Virus record (IMG/VR): IMGVR_UViG_2595698914_000001
Span: 1-64,000 of that record
Strand: one strand, 5' to 3'
Length of the DNA stretch: 64,000 bases
Source: a virus
Taxonomy: Duplodnaviria; Caudoviricetes
Made by a program: the position numbers and the translations under genes. The notes beneath the pieces were generated by a model, which ran no database searches, had not been told where the DNA came from, and worked only from the letters and a program-made list of their open reading frames with translations. Of this stretch, positions 57,719-64,000 are shown piece by piece. Within the stretch, counting starts at the first letter, position 1. Each line of letters starts with the position of its first letter.

Positions 57719-58318
57719 ATGTTAGAATTAACACATTTACAACCTATACTTGAAGATAATAATAAATTAATCAAGTTCTTAGGTTTACCTTTTGTTAGTA
57801 TGTTGAACTTACCAAAGACCAGTGTTAAGCGTCATGTACATGAAGAATACGCTAAGATGTACATTAAACATAACCTATTAAAAGATTCAGAATTAGATAC
57901 TGATTTGATTGAAGATGAAATACCTGAGTTATTAGCTCAGTATGAATATCTAATTAATCATGACAGTCGTCTATTAATGGTTAAGTGGAGATTTGATGAG
58001 GCTTTATATAATTCTAAGATGTTAGCAGAAGTTAATTTCGATGAGTCTCTTTATAAAGTTACAGAAGTAATTCGTCACCTACGTCCCGATGAAGATGCTG
58101 AAGTTAATCGCCAACTTAAGATACTAATAGATATCCGTGATAAGTCAGACGATTACGGTATTAACTTTTGTATAGAGTTAATAGAACTAATAGTTACTGT
58201 GACTTCACCAGAACTATTCTTTAATGTTGTTAGTAAGCAATTCCCGGAACTAAAAGCAACATTAGGTTCACACAACTTTAAGATATTAGTAAACAAAAAC
58301 ATACCGGTTCTAGTATAA
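57719..58318 (+). CDS. hypothetical protein
   Basis: RBS AAGGAG; 199 aa. Confidence 0.7.
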   Translation: MLELTHLQPILEDNNKLIKFLGLPFVSMLNLPKTSVKRHVHEEYAKMYIKHNLLKDSELDTDLIEDEIPELLAQYEYLINHDSRLLMVKWRFDEALYNSKMLAEVNFDESLYKVTEVIRHLRPDEDAEVNRQLKILIDIRDKSDDYGINFCIELIELIVTVTSPELFFNVVSKQFPELKATLGSHNFKILVNKNIPVLV

Positions 58319-58371
58319 CTTTAATAGTCGGGGTATTTAACCTCGACTACAAACCAATTATATTTTATTAA

Positions 58372-59973
<1,602 letters not shown>

Positions 59974-59983
59974 TAACCTATAA

Positions 59984-60017
59984 AAAATAGAGTGGCTTTC
60001 GAGCTACTCTTTTTTTT
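59984..60017 (+). terminator. rho-independent terminator
   Basis: AGAGTGGCT-TTCG-AGCTACTCT followed by a T-run. Confidence 0.85.
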
Positions 60018-60055
60018 GTTTGAAATTAGTATGTTTAGTGAATGATTAGGAGAAT

Positions 60056-61102
60056 GTGATGTATCAGATAGTTAGTGCGTTACGTTACTTGGATGGTAAG
60101 TGGGTATATGATGAAGATGCTAATGTTAAAACTATAGCTACTTTAATAGAAGAAACTCGCTTTAATCTAATAACGTTGATTAGTAATGGTAAGTATTACT
60201 TACTCGATAATAGTTTTTTAAATACATTGGTTAACCGTAGTCAGTCTTTAGGTAACTACCTAGCTAATTCTGGTGTAACTTTACCTGAGATAGAAGAACC
60301 TGTAGACTTAGAATCTATTGGTTTACGTGATTGTTCTGGAATAGAGCGTTCTGGTAACGATTACATCTTTAAAGAACCGCATCCGTTTGTAGTGGGTGCT
60401 AACGGTATAAATAAAGTAACTAGTAGTATAGTGGCTGGGTTACATACTAAACTGCTGGTCCTTGAAGATTTTATATTAGGATACTTAGATACAGAACTAA
60501 TACAGAATACAGTTAAATTCAGTATTAGTGATTTTAATTCTACGGTATTTAAATTACCTAAGAAGTTTAAATTAAACAACACACTTATGGTATTTGGTGA
60601 TAGTCTTATTAAGGCAAACAGTGTTTTATATGATGATGGTGAATCTTATCGTTTAACTCAGGGTTACGCTAAATGGTTGGTTGATTTATATATAGATAAT
60701 TTAACTAGGATACCACCTACAAACTTAGGGTTAAATCCTAAGGGTATGAGTAAGGATGAGTTGTTATCTTTAAGTAATCTAAAGAAACTATTTACTCATA
60801 ATAACGTATACTTTGTGGAGTTGGAAAACGATTACCCAATAGGTTCTGAATCTATAGAAGTAATTAATGAATACATTGATGATTATTATGATGGTATAGT
60901 TATGTATGGTACTAAGCCAACTACGAAGAAGATAATACATCGTAGAAATTTAGGCTATGGCGTTCAGGATATAGTTGGTACTGGTAATCTTCAAACTTTT
61001 AATGATAACCCAACTATAACTATGGCTGCGGAAGATCGAGTTATGAAGACCTACTCTCCTACAGTTATGCTTATGGACTATCCTATTGTTAAGCGGAAAT
61101 AA
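60056..61102 (+). CDS. hypothetical (probably virion) protein
   Basis: RBS AGGAG; TATG motif upstream. Confidence 0.65.
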   Translation: MMYQIVSALRYLDGKWVYDEDANVKTIATLIEETRFNLITLISNGKYYLLDNSFLNTLVNRSQSLGNYLANSGVTLPEIEEPVDLESIGLRDCSGIERSGNDYIFKEPHPFVVGANGINKVTSSIVAGLHTKLLVLEDFILGYLDTELIQNTVKFSISDFNSTVFKLPKKFKLNNTLMVFGDSLIKANSVLYDDGESYRLTQGYAKWLVDLYIDNLTRIPPTNLGLNPKGMSKDELLSLSNLKKLFTHNNVYFVELENDYPIGSESIEVINEYIDDYYDGIVMYGTKPTTKKIIHRRNLGYGVQDIVGTGNLQTFNDNPTITMAAEDRVMKTYSPTVMLMDYPIVKRK

Positions 61103-61135
61103 TAGGGATACCGAAGTATCCCTAAATAGTTTAAG

Positions 61136-61444
61136 TTAACCTTTTGGCTTAATTAACTTTTCAACGAGACTTGGTTCTTTAGTTCTACAGTATTGTAAAT
61201 CCGCTTCTGTATTTTTAAGAAGGGCTTTACAGGACTCCAGCTTTAGTTCCATCATCTCGATTGGACGATTAATCTCATGTGTGGTTTTTATTTTTCGTAC
61301 ATTGAGCATTAACTCACTATACTGTAGGAGTCCGAATGCAGCAACCACGATAAGTACCACCGCGATGTTACGCCAGAATGCATTCTTTTCCAAACCATTA
61401 GCCATGAAGAGCTTCAATAGATGCTCAATTAATATTTTTGTCAT
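61136..61444 (-). CDS. small membrane protein with coiled coil (spanin- or holin-like?)
   Basis: One TM helix plus a Cys-containing coiled coil; start reassigned to MTKIL. Confidence 0.5.
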   Translation of the reverse strand: MTKILIEHLLKLFMANGLEKNAFWRNIAVVLIVVAAFGLLQYSELMLNVRKIKTTHEINRPIEMMELKLESCKALLKNTEADLQYCRTKEPSLVEKLIKPKG

Positions 61445-61469
61445 ACCTAACCTATAGAGGACTCCTGTA

Positions 61470-62774
61470 ATGATTATTACAACGAGCGGATTTGTAAAGC
61501 GTTTAGATTTTAGTGAGAAGTTTTGTAACTTCAATGGATACCATCATACATTTGGTAAAAATTCTGTAACTTATAATGCAGATACATCTGTTTATGATGA
61601 TTTTGAAATAGTAGCCTTACATCGTAAAAATGATGAAGGTACTACTGTAACTGCTCCTATAGACGCTAGTCGTCTAGCCGACTTATTTAATATATTCAAT
61701 TGGTTATTAACTGAAAGCGACGGTGGTATTTTAACCGTGAATGAAACTACAGTCAATAACGAATTGGCTAGTCGTTTTGGTTCAGCAGATAGAGTATTAG
61801 ATGTCGATACTATGGTATCTGATGCTAGCGGTAAAATATTACCTAATAAGTTAACTATAACTTATACAGTAGACGATGATATCTATAACTTTGAGTTTTG
61901 GTTTAATTCATTAACTATAGAATCAGAATACACACAATCAGATATTGTTGTATTTGGTCCAACTGATAGCGTTGACGATTTAGTTAATGATAAGTCTACC
62001 GTACTGTTACTAATGAATCAACGTGACATTGATGATTACAATACTCAGATTAATGAAGCAAGTAGAACTAACCCATACACAGGCGTAGTCAGTATGGAAA
62101 CTCAATGGGTTAACCAAGATAATCCTACTGAGACACTACAAGTACGTTTCTCATTCATCTGTTACGGTCCAGTAACCGATAGTACTAGTTTATTACGAAT
62201 TGCATTACGTCAGTTTGTAGAGGACAATACGCAGTATGCTGATGTGGTATGGGAAACTGTTCTACCTGAAATATTTACAGCAACAACATTCTTGATGATT
62301 CCTAATTGGGATAGTGTTAGTAATGGTTCCGGTAATAGTTCAATCTATAATCCTGTTATTCGTACTAAAGTAGCATTCGATATATTCATAAATAACATTA
62401 GTGGATATGGTCAAGAGCATGTGGATGAGAACTTTGAAGTTCTACCTACCCTATGGCAATCTCTATCTATTGGTGTATGTGGAGCACCCAAGAATAAAGA
62501 CGAATATAAAACCATCAGCGTTAACTTAGATGACTACATGTTAGTTTCTGCTGGTTCAACAGACTTCATTCGTCTTAAAGCGAGTACACAGGACTTTATT
62601 CTTAAATTGAATAACGCTCTACCGTATATTCAAGAATACGTTTCAGGAGACCCTCTACCGGGCACACTAGAGCTTGAAGTAATTGACGGTTTTAACTTCC
62701 TAACATTTACAAGTTACAATGTTAAGTGTAAGATTATGACTAAGAACGATTACCTTAATCTCATAGGAGGTTAA
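61470..62774 (+). CDS. virion structural protein (phiKZ gp130-like)
   Basis: WF...F.CYGP...W...LPEIF..T.F..IPNWD pattern. Confidence 0.6.
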   Translation: MIITTSGFVKRLDFSEKFCNFNGYHHTFGKNSVTYNADTSVYDDFEIVALHRKNDEGTTVTAPIDASRLADLFNIFNWLLTESDGGILTVNETTVNNELASRFGSADRVLDVDTMVSDASGKILPNKLTITYTVDDDIYNFEFWFNSLTIESEYTQSDIVVFGPTDSVDDLVNDKSTVLLLMNQRDIDDYNTQINEASRTNPYTGVVSMETQWVNQDNPTETLQVRFSFICYGPVTDSTSLLRIALRQFVEDNTQYADVVWETVLPEIFTATTFLMIPNWDSVSNGSGNSSIYNPVIRTKVAFDIFINNISGYGQEHVDENFEVLPTLWQSLSIGVCGAPKNKDEYKTISVNLDDYMLVSAGSTDFIRLKASTQDFILKLNNALPYIQEYVSGDPLPGTLELEVIDGFNFLTFTSYNVKCKIMTKNDYLNLIGG

Positions 62775-62775
62775 T

Positions 62776-63378
62776 ATGTTAATTGGTAAGGTAGGTAGAT
62801 TCGTACTTTTACCACCATTTACATTCTATAGTACCACCGGTCTAACTGGTGAAATAGTTGGTGTGAACTACATTCAACATTTAGTTAGTAAAGGAACTAA
62901 TGTAAAGTCTTTAGTTTATTCACCTGTAAGTGGTGATTCGTTATATACTAGTGATTTAGCTAGTAATGTAATCATCGTTACTATTAAGGATGCTTCTGGT
63001 AAGAAGTACAATATACCAGATAAGTATATAGAAAACCTATACGACGATTCCTTAAATTACATTGATGCTTATGTAACCGTTAAGATTGGCTCATTACCTC
63101 GTAATTACGATTACAGTTATATTAAAAATCAATTAGCTACAGAAGTAACTAAGCTGTCTGGTGTAACTGTAACAAGTAACGATGTTTATGTTTCTGCTCA
63201 AGGTTCCGGTCAGATACTAAGTAACGATGAAGCGTCTCTTTTAGATATAGCTAGAAACGCTAACATTGCTAATTTAAATACAGACTACGGTAAGTATTTA
63301 GATGCGGCTAAGGAGAATACAGTTTTAAAATCTAAATTAGATTCTCTTGAGAAAGGTATGTTTGATTTAATTGGTTAA
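62776..63378 (+). CDS. conserved phiKZ-like hypothetical protein
   Basis: G.F.L..PF, YNIPDKYI and IGSLP motifs; RBS AGGAGG. Confidence 0.65.
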   Translation: MLIGKVGRFVLLPPFTFYSTTGLTGEIVGVNYIQHLVSKGTNVKSLVYSPVSGDSLYTSDLASNVIIVTIKDASGKKYNIPDKYIENLYDDSLNYIDAYVTVKIGSLPRNYDYSYIKNQLATEVTKLSGVTVTSNDVYVSAQGSGQILSNDEASLLDIARNANIANLNTDYGKYLDAAKENTVLKSKLDSLEKGMFDLIG

Positions 63379-63382
63379 AGTT

Positions 63383-63412
63383 AATAGGAGAGGCGTTAGC
63401 CTCTCCTATTAT
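63383..63412. terminator. bidirectional hairpin terminator
   Basis: AATAGGAGAGGC-GTTA-GCCTCTCCTATT. Confidence 0.75.
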
Positions 63413-63417
63413 TATGA

Positions 63418-63849
63418 CTAAGTATTTATATACTCTTTAAAGATACTATTAGGTAGCCACCATTCACGATGATTAGGGCGACCTTTATCGGTAACAATGT
63501 ACCAGCCTTCTTCCGTGAAGTCATCTCCGAAGTCTGGAGAAGGTTCTTCTCTAAACTTAAAGTAGTCTCGATGTGTCATTGGCGTAGCTAGAACATTAAC
63601 ATCCTGCATTCTAAACGGTTTTAAATCTGAATGATTGTTTGAGAACTCACATGCAGATTCCTGTAGAGTTTTAGCTTGTTCTAGTAACGCTATAATATCT
63701 TTATTAGAACTATTAAAGTTCTTAGATACAACATCTTCTAAATGTGATACCTTTAGACTTTTACTTTTTAAGTCTTCAATAACAAGCGCCAGTAAGTCTT
63801 CTAAAAACAAACCAGACGTATTCTCTGCTGAATATAATACCTTAGTCAT
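63418..63849 (-). CDS. two-domain small protein; C-terminal domain resembles nucleotide-sponge anti-defence modules
   Basis: ATPMT..DY...EGWYIV...WLPNSIFKEY. Confidence 0.45.
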   Translation of the reverse strand: MTKVLYSAENTSGLFLEDLLALVIEDLKSKSLKVSHLEDVVSKNFNSSNKDIIALLEQAKTLQESACEFSNNHSDLKPFRMQDVNVLATPMTHRDYFKFREEPSPDFGDDFTEEGWYIVTDKGRPNHREWWLPNSIFKEYINT

Positions 63850-63870
63850 AAACTAACCCCTTTCTTATAA

Positions 63871-63999
63871 TTATCTAACTAAATCATTTAGTTTTTCCGC
63901 ACTATCTTTATGTGCATTTACTACACTTAACAATTTAGTTAAGTATAAACTATATACCGCAACCCAATCTGCTAGGTTGTAAATTAAACTACCAATCTT
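63871..63999 (-). CDS. 3' end of a CDS entering from the right edge
   Basis: Open frame KIGSLIYNLADW...LNDLVR* ends at 63871. Confidence 0.5.
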   Translation of the reverse strand, partial: KIGSLIYNLADWVAVYSLYLTKLLSVVNAHKDSAEKLNDLVR

Positions 64000-64000
64000 C

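Overview
AT-rich (about 33% GC by eye), densely coding segment of a phiKZ/EL-like jumbo myophage (Chimalliviridae-type), standard genetic code. Recognisable genes: thymidylate kinase, an SbcC/Rad50 ATPase, a block of internal head/ejection proteins with S/A/G-x-E protease sites, baseplate-like proteins, one subunit of the split family-B DNA polymerase, a virion RNAP beta' subunit, a non-virion RNAP beta subunit, portal, RuvC, holin-like proteins, a GH108 endolysin, two SGNH-esterase tail proteins and a GroEL chaperonin without an adjacent GroES. phiKZ gene numbers are from recalled motifs and synteny and need BLAST/HMM confirmation. No tRNA, rRNA, CRISPR or IS element was seen. The most unusual signals lie outside the ORF track. 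(1) A non-coding island at 46.2-49.0 kb holds several structured RNA candidates that each begin at the G of a TATG late-promoter motif; one is a ~105-nt RNA exposing anti-Shine-Dalgarno segments, one of which pairs with the RBS of the neighbouring small exported-protein gene, and an oriC-like AT-rich GATC cluster lies beside them. (2) A lambda G/GT-type -1 frameshift site joins a putative tail/baseplate assembly chaperone to the next ORF. (3) A uORF-containing anti-SD switch leader sits at 7.6 kb. (4) The gene starting at 29110 is split at an A-run.
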